Assembly (NCBI GenBank): GCA_001790095.1
Contig: MGBH01000001.1
Span: forward strand, 300,001-332,000
Origin: Candidatus Saccharimonadota bacterium
GTDB taxonomy: Bacteria > Patescibacteriota > Microgenomatia > UBA1406 > GWC2-37-13
Reading direction: 5' to 3'
DNA length: 32,000 bases
Position 1 is the stretch's first letter; the number at the start of each line of letters is the position of its first letter. A program made the position numbers and the translations under genes. Below are positions 1 through 7,354 of the stretch, in pieces. A model generated the notes under the pieces. The model made no database searches. It had not been told where the DNA came from and was given only the letters and a program-made list of their open reading frames with translations.

Positions 1-63
1 AGCTAAACGATGTAGTGGTGAGTCAACTGAAACGGACAAAACTTATGGATTTATTCTAGACAT

Positions 64-774
64 ATGCTTGAGGTAACAAATCTTAGTGTTTCTGTGGGAC
101 GCAAACTTATTTTACAGAACCTTTCATACATATTTGAGCAAAATAAAACGTATGTTTTAATGGGGCCAAATGGATCTGGAAAATCGACCTTTGCCCAAAC
201 GATCATGGGACACCCTCAATATGAGATAGATACTTATAGTAGAATTTTTTTTAATAAAGAGAATATAACGTCTTACCCCGTAGAGAAAAGAGCAACAAGC
301 GGAATCTTTCTTTCATTACAGACGCCCCTTAGTCTTGGTGGAATCACTGTTTTTCAATTGCTACGTGTTGTTTTGAAGGGTAAGAAAGACGCACTTTCCT
401 TGAAAAGAGAAATCATGAAGTTGGCTAAACGGCTTAATATTAGTCAAGAAGTACTGAATAGATCTCTTAATCAAGGAGCTTCAGGAGGAGAAAAGAAAAA
501 GATGGAAGTACTACAAGCCGGGATATTAAAACCAAAACTTGCGATTTTTGATGAGGTTGATACGGGGGTTGACATAGACGCCTTAAAGACGATATCTTCT
601 TATTTGCGACATTTTAAGAAAAATAAAACAATAATTTTTATTACTCATAATTCACGGATTCTGGATTATATTCAACCGGACAAAGTTTTGATTCTGAAGA
701 ACGGTTTGATAATTAAAGACGGTGATGCAGATCTTCTTTCCTTCATTGAAAAAAAGGGATTTGATAAATTATAA
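64..774 (+). CDS. sufC: Fe-S cluster assembly ATPase SufC
   Basis: 236 aa ABC ATPase with Walker A GPNGSGKST, SufC-type signature GASGGEKKKMEVLQ and Walker B IFDEVDTGVDID. ATG start. It sits first in a suf cluster. Confidence 0.9.
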   Translation: MLEVTNLSVSVGRKLILQNLSYIFEQNKTYVLMGPNGSGKSTFAQTIMGHPQYEIDTYSRIFFNKENITSYPVEKRATSGIFLSLQTPLSLGGITVFQLLRVVLKGKKDALSLKREIMKLAKRLNISQEVLNRSLNQGASGGEKKKMEVLQAGILKPKLAIFDEVDTGVDIDALKTISSYLRHFKKNKTIIFITHNSRILDYIQPDKVLILKNGLIIKDGDADLLSFIEKKGFDKL

Positions 775-785
775 AAAATTGAGAT

Positions 786-2186
786 ATGCAAGATAATAAT
801 CATCAATTTGATTCTGAAGTAAAGTATGGTTTTTCCATGCCAGAGAAACATGTTTATAGAGCAAAAAAAGGATTAAATATAAGCGTTGTAAAGTCAATTT
901 CAAAACTAAAGCGTGAACCACTTTGGATGCTTGAAAAAAGACAAAAAGCATACCAATATTTTCTTTCAAAGAGTATGCCAAACTGGGGTGCTGATCTATC
1001 TCTACTTGACTTTGATGATATTACTTATTTTATTCGCTCGACCGATAAGCAAGTTTCTTCATGGGAAGATTTGCCTAGTGAGATCAAAATGACTTACGAC
1101 AGAATTGGCGTACCTGACGCAGAGAAGAATTTTTTAAGCGGGGTAAGTGCTCAGTATGAATCGGAAGTAGTCTATGAAAGCATTCAAAAAGAATTGAAAA
1201 AAAAAGGCGTGATATTTTGCGATATGGACACAGGGCTAAAGATGTATCCAGACATAGTAAGGAATTATTTTGGAACACTTATCCCCCACACGGATAATAA
1301 ATTTGCCGCATTGAATACCGCAGTTTGGTCAGGTGGATCCTTTGTGTATGTCCCCAAAGGTGTAAGGGTAGAATTACCACTTCAGGCCTATTTTAGGATG
1401 AATGCAGAACGTTTTGGACAGTTTGAACGTACTCTTATAATCGCTGATGAAGGATCCTATGTACACTATATTGAAGGTTGTACGGCGCCTATTTATACTA
1501 CAAGTTCTCTTCACAGCGCAGTTGTTGAAGTATTTGTAAAGAAGGGTGCCCGTGTTCGATATACAACAGTTCAAAATTGGAGTAAAAACGTGTTTAATCT
1601 CGTGACAAAGCGTGCACAAACAGATGAGAATGCCATTATGGAATGGGTAGACTGCAATTTAGGAAGTCAAGCTACTATGAAATATCCATCAGTTTATTTG
1701 AAGGGCGAACACTCAAAAGGCGAAGTATTATCGATCGCTTTTGCTGGAAAAAATCAGCATCAAGATGCGGGTGCGAAGATGATTCATTTTGCGCCCCATA
1801 CTTCCTCTCGTATAATTTCTAAATCAATCTCAAAAGAAGGGGGAAGGACTTCATACAGAGGTCTTATACAGATTCTTAAGGGTGCACATGATACCCACTC
1901 TTACGTATCTTGTGATGCACTGTTGCTTGATGAAAAATCTCGTTCAGATACATATCCAACGATGCGTACGAAAGAACAAGAAGTAGAGGTACAACATGAA
2001 GCAACGGTTGAAAAGATAGGTGAGGAAAAGTTATTTTATTTACAGTCACGAGGGATCAATAAATATGATGCTGAAGGTCTACTTGTCAATGGTTTTATTG
2101 ACCCAATCGCTAAAGAGATACCACTGGAGTATTCAATTGAACTAAATAGATTAATCAATTTAGAAATGTCAGGCAGTATAGGTTAA
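786..2186 (+). CDS. sufB: Fe-S cluster assembly scaffold SufB
   Basis: 466 aa, a typical SufB length. The C-terminal SufB/D motif LFYLQSRGINKYDAEGLLVNGFIDP is present. It lies directly between sufC and a SufD-like gene. Confidence 0.9.
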   Translation: MQDNNHQFDSEVKYGFSMPEKHVYRAKKGLNISVVKSISKLKREPLWMLEKRQKAYQYFLSKSMPNWGADLSLLDFDDITYFIRSTDKQVSSWEDLPSEIKMTYDRIGVPDAEKNFLSGVSAQYESEVVYESIQKELKKKGVIFCDMDTGLKMYPDIVRNYFGTLIPHTDNKFAALNTAVWSGGSFVYVPKGVRVELPLQAYFRMNAERFGQFERTLIIADEGSYVHYIEGCTAPIYTTSSLHSAVVEVFVKKGARVRYTTVQNWSKNVFNLVTKRAQTDENAIMEWVDCNLGSQATMKYPSVYLKGEHSKGEVLSIAFAGKNQHQDAGAKMIHFAPHTSSRIISKSISKEGGRTSYRGLIQILKGAHDTHSYVSCDALLLDEKSRSDTYPTMRTKEQEVEVQHEATVEKIGEEKLFYLQSRGINKYDAEGLLVNGFIDPIAKEIPLEYSIELNRLINLEMSGSIG

Positions 2187-2202
2187 TAAATAGACAGTTA
2201 CC

Positions 2203-2817
2203 ATGGAGCATACAATATTTACGTTAATAACCAATATAACCAAAACGTCAAAAAAAAATCTTTCCTTTTCAAAAAGCGGAAAGTATATAGTTTTTTTTTA
2301 TAACCTGTCAGGGGAACTTACGTTTAGGATTAAAAGCAGGGGTGTTGAATTATACATATTTGGATTATATACAGGAGCTAAAAAAAACACTTTTAGGCTT
2401 AAGACGATCCAACATCACCTTGCACCAGAATCAAAATCTGACCTGTATATTGGAGGGGTGTTTGGCGATTCTTCGACTTTTTTCCATGAAGGTCTTATCA
2501 AAGTTGATAGAGATGCACAGAAAACTCATGCATACCAAATAAATCAAAATATTATTTTATCCAAAGAAGTATTTATTAGTTCCAAACCAGACCTGGAGAT
2601 ACTAGCAAACGATGTGTTTTGTACTCATGCTTCAACCACCGGTAAACTGAATAAAGAAGAACTTTTTTCTATACAATCAAGAGGGGTAGATAGAAACAAT
2701 TCGGAGCGACTGATGATAAATGGATTTATCAAAAATATCTTTAGAAACATAGAGACAAATGGAAGATTCGATGAGTTGGAAAAAAATAAGAAAACTATAT
2801 TAAAACAATATGCTTAA
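2203..2817 (+). CDS. sufD: Short SufD-like Fe-S assembly protein
   Basis: 204 aa. The C-terminus ELFSIQSRGVDRNNSERLMINGFIKNIF parallels the SufB/SufD C-terminal motif. It sits between sufB and sufS and overlaps sufS by 8 nt. It is roughly half the usual SufD length. Confidence 0.6.
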   Translation: MEHTIFTLITNITKTSKKNLSFSKSGKYIVFFYNLSGELTFRIKSRGVELYIFGLYTGAKKNTFRLKTIQHHLAPESKSDLYIGGVFGDSSTFFHEGLIKVDRDAQKTHAYQINQNIILSKEVFISSKPDLEILANDVFCTHASTTGKLNKEELFSIQSRGVDRNNSERLMINGFIKNIFRNIETNGRFDELEKNKKTILKQYA

Positions 2818-4030
2818 TACAACCACCATAAAAAAGGATTTTCCTATTTTTCGGAACCAGCAAGATTTCGTTTATCTGGATTCTGCTGCTATGTCTCTTA
2901 AACCCAGATCGGTTATAGATGCCGTTGAAGCATATTACGAACAGTACAGTGCAAACGTATTTAGAGGAATCTATAAAATATCAGAAAAAGCCACAAAAAT
3001 ATATGAGCAAACAAGGGAAAAAGTAGCAGTGTTTATCAATGCGAAAAGTGAAAAGGAAGTAATCTTTCTTCGCAACTCAACTGAAGCGATCAATCTTGTA
3101 GCTTATACATGGGGAAGAACGCACATTGATAAGAAAAGCGAGATTGTCACAACTATTTTAGAACATCATTCAAACTTTGTTCCTTGGCAGCAGTTAATTA
3201 TAGAAAACGGTGCTGTACTAAAAATCATTAATATTGATGAGTCCGGAAAACTCATACTTGATCAAGTAGGCCAAATTATTACAAAAAAAACTAAATTATT
3301 AGCAATAACATATGTCTCAAATGCACTTGGGACTATCAATCCATTGCGTGAAATCATCAAAGAGGTAAAAAGAAAAAACTCAGACATTATTGTATTGGTA
3401 GATGGAGCTCAAGCAGTACCCCACATTAAAGTAGACGTTCAAGATTTGGGATGTGATTTTTTTGTCTTCTCTGGCCAAAAGATGCTAGGTCCAACTGGGG
3501 CTGGAGTATTGTGGGGAAGAGAAGAGCTACTGGAAGAAATGTCTCCTTTTTTATTTGGAGGAGAAATGATAAAAGAGGTTTATTTGGACAGAACGGTATT
3601 TGCAGATTTACCTCATAAATTTGAGGCGGGTACTCCTCATATTGCAGGCGTTATTGGATTGGGAGCTGCTATTGACTACCTTACGCAAATAGGTATGGAT
3701 CAAATAAGATTACATGAAAAAAAGCTTTATTCATATGCTCAAGAAAAACTACGTAAGCTGGACACAGTTGTTTTATACGGTCCAAACAGCCAAGAAGAAC
3801 GAAGTGGAGTTATATTGTTTACCATGAAAAGCGCAGTCCATCCTCATGACGTAGCGCAGATTTTAGATGAACTAAATATTTGCGTACGGTCTGGACATCA
3901 CTGTACCATGCCGCTTCATGAAAGACTGGATCTTTCATCAACCATAAGAGCAAGTCTTTATTTGTATAATACTATGGATGATATTGATAAATTAGTTAAA
4001 GGATTACAAAGAGTAGATGAAGTTCTATGA
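2810..4030 (+). CDS. sufS: Cysteine desulfurase SufS (class V aminotransferase fold)
   Basis: 406 aa. Motifs seen are HHSNFVPWQ, the PLP-lysine context FSGQKMLGPTG and the catalytic Cys context RSGHHCTMPL. It is coupled to the next gene by an ATGA stop/start overlap. Confidence 0.9.
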   Translation: MLNTTTIKKDFPIFRNQQDFVYLDSAAMSLKPRSVIDAVEAYYEQYSANVFRGIYKISEKATKIYEQTREKVAVFINAKSEKEVIFLRNSTEAINLVAYTWGRTHIDKKSEIVTTILEHHSNFVPWQQLIIENGAVLKIINIDESGKLILDQVGQIITKKTKLLAITYVSNALGTINPLREIIKEVKRKNSDIIVLVDGAQAVPHIKVDVQDLGCDFFVFSGQKMLGPTGAGVLWGREELLEEMSPFLFGGEMIKEVYLDRTVFADLPHKFEAGTPHIAGVIGLGAAIDYLTQIGMDQIRLHEKKLYSYAQEKLRKLDTVVLYGPNSQEERSGVILFTMKSAVHPHDVAQILDELNICVRSGHHCTMPLHERLDLSSTIRASLYLYNTMDDIDKLVKGLQRVDEVL

Positions 4031-4386
4031 GCATATATCAGGAGATCATACTTGATCATTTTCAACAACCAAGAAATGCCGGTAATATAAAAAACCCAAC
4101 GAAGACAACGACAGTAAACAACTCTTTGTGTGGTGACAAAATCAAAATGGATATATGTATAAAAGGAGATAAAATTATAGATATAAAATTTTTTGGTAAA
4201 GGTTGCGTAATATCTCAAGCTTCTGCTTCACTTTTAACAGAACATGCTAAGGGGAAAACAAAACAGGAGTTGAAGAAGATGACAAAAACAGATATTATAA
4301 ATCTATTAAAAATTGATCTTGGTCCAAACAGGATCAAATGCGCACTTTTGCCGCTTGAGGCATTGCATAAATTATTAATTGAATAA
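4027..4386 (+). CDS. sufU: SufU/IscU-type Fe-S scaffold / sulfur acceptor
   Basis: 119 aa with the three conserved Cys contexts NSLCGDKI, GKGCVISQASAS and RIKCALLPLEAL. Confidence 0.8.
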   Translation: MSIYQEIILDHFQQPRNAGNIKNPTKTTTVNNSLCGDKIKMDICIKGDKIIDIKFFGKGCVISQASASLLTEHAKGKTKQELKKMTKTDIINLLKIDLGPNRIKCALLPLEALHKLLIE

Positions 4387-4394
4387 ATATATAG

Positions 4395-4670
4395 ATGGAT
4401 CAAACAAAGGTTATTGACTCAAACAATCCGTCAGGCCCAGTTAAAATAAAAAAGCTTAAGATTACCGTAGATCGCAACTTATGTATTGGTGCTGCCACAT
4501 GTATTGCTGTTGCGCCAAAGACTTTTCTTCTTGATTCGGACGCAAAAGCGATCATATTGGAAACAGCCACAGAAGAAACGGAACAAACTATTATTGATGC
4601 AGCAAAAGCCTGTCCAGTTGCAGCCATTATAATTGAGGACGAAAAAGGGCAAAAAGTTTTCCCGAGCTAA
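4395..4670 (+). CDS. Small single-cluster ferredoxin (three-Cys CxxAxxC...CP type)
   Basis: 91 aa. It has LCIGAATCIAVAP plus a distal ACPVAAI. The middle Cys of the canonical CxxCxxC is Ala, which suggests a [3Fe-4S]-type or non-Cys-ligated cluster. It lies immediately upstream of the OFOR genes. Confidence 0.75.
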   Translation: MDQTKVIDSNNPSGPVKIKKLKITVDRNLCIGAATCIAVAPKTFLLDSDAKAIILETATEETEQTIIDAAKACPVAAIIIEDEKGQKVFPS

Positions 4671-4674
4671 AAAT

Positions 4675-6393
4675 ATGGAACAATTCCTTTGGAAGATTGG
4701 TGGAGAAGCGGGTTTTGGTATCCTGACTACAGGTACGATGTTTTCCAAGATAGTATCTCGTTTAGGATATTACATCTTTGACTATATTCAATATCCCTCC
4801 CTCATAAGAGGTGGGCATAACACATATGATGTGGGGTTTTCCGATGCACCCGTTCACGATCTGAAGGCCAATATCGACATGTTGGTTTGTCTCAATAAGG
4901 AAACATTTGATAATCATAAAGAAAGGTTAAGATCCGACAGCTTTGTTATATATGATAGCAAGGAGTTTATACCTGATGGACCTTATATCAACATAGAAGT
5001 TCCATTTAACGAAATACTTACCAAGCTAAAAGGACAAGTAATTATGAAAAACACCATTGCCTTGGGAGCCTCTCTTGCTCTTCTTGGCGCTGATCTAGCC
5101 ATTCTTAATGACCTACTTAAGTCACAGTTCAAAAAAAAGGGAGAAGACGTGGTTCGTTTCAACCAACAGTTTGCTCAAGCAGGATACGATCATATTCTAA
5201 AACAGCACAAAGCACATATTAAATCTATTCTATTACGAAGAGATAACCCAAAACAGCTTGTCATAACGGGAAATGAAACATTTGCGCTTGCCTCTTCCAT
5301 TGCAGATTGTTGTTTATATGTAGCTTACCCTATGACACCGGCTTCCTCAGTGCTTTCTGTGCTTGCAAATTGGCAAATGCAAACCGGTATGGTGGTTCGT
5401 CATGCTGAAGATGAGATTGCAGTTATCAATACTGCAATTGGGGGATCATTAGCCGGAGTAAGGAGTGCGGTTGGAACTTCAGGAGGAGGATTTGCTCTTA
5501 TGGTTGAATCGATATCTTTTGCCGGAATAGCTGAAATTCCACTTGTTATTTTTCTTTCCCAACGCCCAGGTCCTGCCACAGGTATGCCTACATGGACAGA
5601 GCAAGGAGATCTTCTTTTTGCAGTGCACGCAGGACATGGTGAATTTCCCAAGATAGTTCTTGCTCCAGGGAGCATTGATGAGATGTTTAAGCTGACGCTT
5701 AAAGCATATGATTTGGCTGACATTTACCAGACTCCGGTCATTGTTCTTTCTGATATGTTACTTTCAGAATCACACAGAAGTTTGTCAAAAGACCTGGTTG
5801 AAACACAGATAAAAGAATACAAGCCAAATCGTGGAAAGCTTATAGAAAAGCCTGATAAGGAGCCCTATTTGCGTTACAAGATGACAGAAGATGGGGTATC
5901 GGCTCGTCTTATTCCAGGATTTGAGGGGTCCTATTATCAATCAAACTCATACGAACATTTGGAAGACGGTCACACGACTGAGGAAAGTATTGAACGAATT
6001 AACCAAGTTGACAAGCGATCACAAAAAATTCAAACCTATTTTGAGTCACATTTTGTTGGACCAACCATTATAGGAGATATAGAAAAAGCCGAAGTAATAT
6101 TTGTAACCTGGGGCTCGACAAAAGGCGCTACTTTGAGAGCGCAACAAGAGCTTGATAAAAAAGGGAAAAACACAGCCCAGCTTCATTTTACACATGTGTT
6201 TCCTTTATCAGAAAAGATTGTAGCGCCCTATTTAACAAAAAAGAAAAGATATATATTGGTTGAAAACAACTCACATGGTCAGTTTGGAAAGCTCTTGAGA
6301 CAAGAAATAGGAGTGTCTATCATGGAAAAAGTTCTTAGGTATGATGGGAGGCCAATTACAAGTGAAGAAATTGTTCAATCAGTTTTTACATAA
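4675..6393 (+). CDS. 2-oxoacid:ferredoxin oxidoreductase, fused gamma-alpha subunit
   Basis: The N-terminal gamma-type domain begins MEQFLWKIGGEAGFGILTTG. It is followed by an alpha-type domain (GNETFALASSIADCCLYVAYPMTPAS, GTSGGGFALM). The ORF-track start at 4633 is a TTG inside the ferredoxin gene, so ATG 4675 is preferred. Substrate (pyruvate, 2-oxoglutarate or other) cannot be told from sequence alone. Confidence 0.85.
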   Translation: MEQFLWKIGGEAGFGILTTGTMFSKIVSRLGYYIFDYIQYPSLIRGGHNTYDVGFSDAPVHDLKANIDMLVCLNKETFDNHKERLRSDSFVIYDSKEFIPDGPYINIEVPFNEILTKLKGQVIMKNTIALGASLALLGADLAILNDLLKSQFKKKGEDVVRFNQQFAQAGYDHILKQHKAHIKSILLRRDNPKQLVITGNETFALASSIADCCLYVAYPMTPASSVLSVLANWQMQTGMVVRHAEDEIAVINTAIGGSLAGVRSAVGTSGGGFALMVESISFAGIAEIPLVIFLSQRPGPATGMPTWTEQGDLLFAVHAGHGEFPKIVLAPGSIDEMFKLTLKAYDLADIYQTPVIVLSDMLLSESHRSLSKDLVETQIKEYKPNRGKLIEKPDKEPYLRYKMTEDGVSARLIPGFEGSYYQSNSYEHLEDGHTTEESIERINQVDKRSQKIQTYFESHFVGPTIIGDIEKAEVIFVTWGSTKGATLRAQQELDKKGKNTAQLHFTHVFPLSEKIVAPYLTKKKRYILVENNSHGQFGKLLRQEIGVSIMEKVLRYDGRPITSEEIVQSVFT

Positions 6394-6397
6394 ACCT

Positions 6398-7249
6398 ATG
6401 TTAACTGTTCAAGATTTTACTGGTTATCAGCCCACTTGGTGTCCCGGGTGTGGTAACTGGGCAATTGGAGCAGCTATAAAGACTGCACTTGTTCAGTTGG
6501 GGCTATCTCCATCCAATGTATTTCTGTCGTTTGGGATAGGGTGTTCTGGTAATATGAATGATTTTGTCAATGCCTATGCAAGTCATGGATTGCATGGCCG
6601 TGCCCTACCTGTTGCTATTGGATTTAAACTTGCAAATCACCACATGAAGACTATAGTAGTTGCAGGAGATGGGGATTTTTATGGAGAGGGAGGAAACCAT
6701 TTCCTTCACGCCGCAAGAGGCAATCACGATATCTGTGCAATCATTCACGACAATCGTGTATATGGTTTGACCACTGGACAGGTAGCGCCAACTGCACAAA
6801 AAGGCTATCGCTCAAAATCAACACCAGCGGGAATAATAGAAGTTCCTCTTGATCCTTTGGGGCTTGCAGTAGCCCAAGGAGCAACTTTCGTCGCTCAAGC
6901 TTTTGCTGGCGATACTATGCATCTTGTTGGACTATTAAAAGACGCCCTACAGCATAAGGGCTTTTCACTTGTGAATGTTTTGCAACCGTGTGTGACATTC
7001 AACAAAATTAACACTTTTTCCTATTACATACAACGTTCATATAAATTACCTGCTGAGTACGATGCGACTAATATTCAAGAAGCGCAGAAGAAAACCCTTG
7101 AACTCCATGAGGAAAAATTTCCGCTTGGTATTATTTACAAAAAAGATAAACCAGCATATCATGAGCAAATTTCGCAAATTGCCGAAACGTCACTTCTTAA
7201 GCGAAAAGTACCAAGGAATTTTACCGAATTGTTAACAGATTTTGTTTAA
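6398..7249 (+). CDS. 2-oxoacid:ferredoxin oxidoreductase, beta (TPP-binding) subunit
   Basis: The typical N-terminus PTWCPGCGNW and the TPP motif VVAGDGDFYGEGGNH are present. ATG 6398 begins 4 nt after the alpha stop. The ATG at 6341 would overlap the alpha gene by 53 nt. Confidence 0.85.
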   Translation: MLTVQDFTGYQPTWCPGCGNWAIGAAIKTALVQLGLSPSNVFLSFGIGCSGNMNDFVNAYASHGLHGRALPVAIGFKLANHHMKTIVVAGDGDFYGEGGNHFLHAARGNHDICAIIHDNRVYGLTTGQVAPTAQKGYRSKSTPAGIIEVPLDPLGLAVAQGATFVAQAFAGDTMHLVGLLKDALQHKGFSLVNVLQPCVTFNKINTFSYYIQRSYKLPAEYDATNIQEAQKKTLELHEEKFPLGIIYKKDKPAYHEQISQIAETSLLKRKVPRNFTELLTDFV

Positions 7250-7275
7250 CAAATACAAGTTAGTTGAACATATAT

Positions 7276-7304
7276 TTGATATTGGGTTGATATAACAATA
7301 TAAT
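7276..7304 (+). promoter_or_regulatory. Candidate sigma70-type promoter P1 upstream of lon
   Basis: TTGATA (7276-7281), a 17-nt spacer, then TATAAT (7299-7304). Confidence 0.4.
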
Positions 7305-7315
7305 TTAAAAAACAT

Positions 7316-7344
7316 TTGACAGTTAGCAGATATTCTGCTATACT
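7316..7344 (+). promoter_or_regulatory. Candidate sigma70-type promoter P2 upstream of lon
   Basis: TTGACA (7316-7321), a 17-nt spacer ending in TGC (extended -10 TGn), then TATACT (7339-7344). The lon ATG at 7355 lies only 10 nt after the -10. Confidence 0.5.
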
Positions 7345-7349
7345 GCTAA
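7323..7349. promoter_or_regulatory. CIRCE-like 27-bp inverted repeat overlapping lon P2
   Basis: TTAGCAGAT-ATTCTGCTA-TACTGCTAA compared with the CIRCE consensus TTAGCACTC-N9-GAGTGCTAA. The 9-9-9 geometry is the same and the outer TTAGCA/TGCTAA arms are conserved, giving 13 of 18 arm positions. Confidence 0.3.
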
Positions 7350-7354
7350 TACAT

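Noticed and set aside
29-57. A promoter upstream of sufC (TATTCT at 52-57, 6 nt before the ATG).
   Set aside because: The only -35 candidate (CTGAAA at 27-32) is weak and has a 19-nt spacer. The upstream region is truncated by the window edge. This is not enough support to list it as a feature.
5400-5723. A 107-aa minus-strand ORF. Similar small nested ORFs include 769-981, 1084-1278, 1374-1619, 7564-7761, 8048-8326, 9385-9642, 15765-16061 and 24197-24507.
   Set aside because: All are embedded antisense or out of frame in strongly supported genes and show no motifs. I treated them as noise.
7316-7354. N-terminal extensions proposed by the ORF track for lon (7316), OFOR alpha (4633), rarA (28522), trpB (29852), GT4 (14553), GT-C (18381) and ClpP-like (21431).
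   Set aside because: Each of these starts is a TTG or GTG codon. Three of them (7316, 28522, 29852) are the TTG of a predicted -35 hexamer. Downstream ATGs give N-termini that align with the protein families and remove the overlaps.
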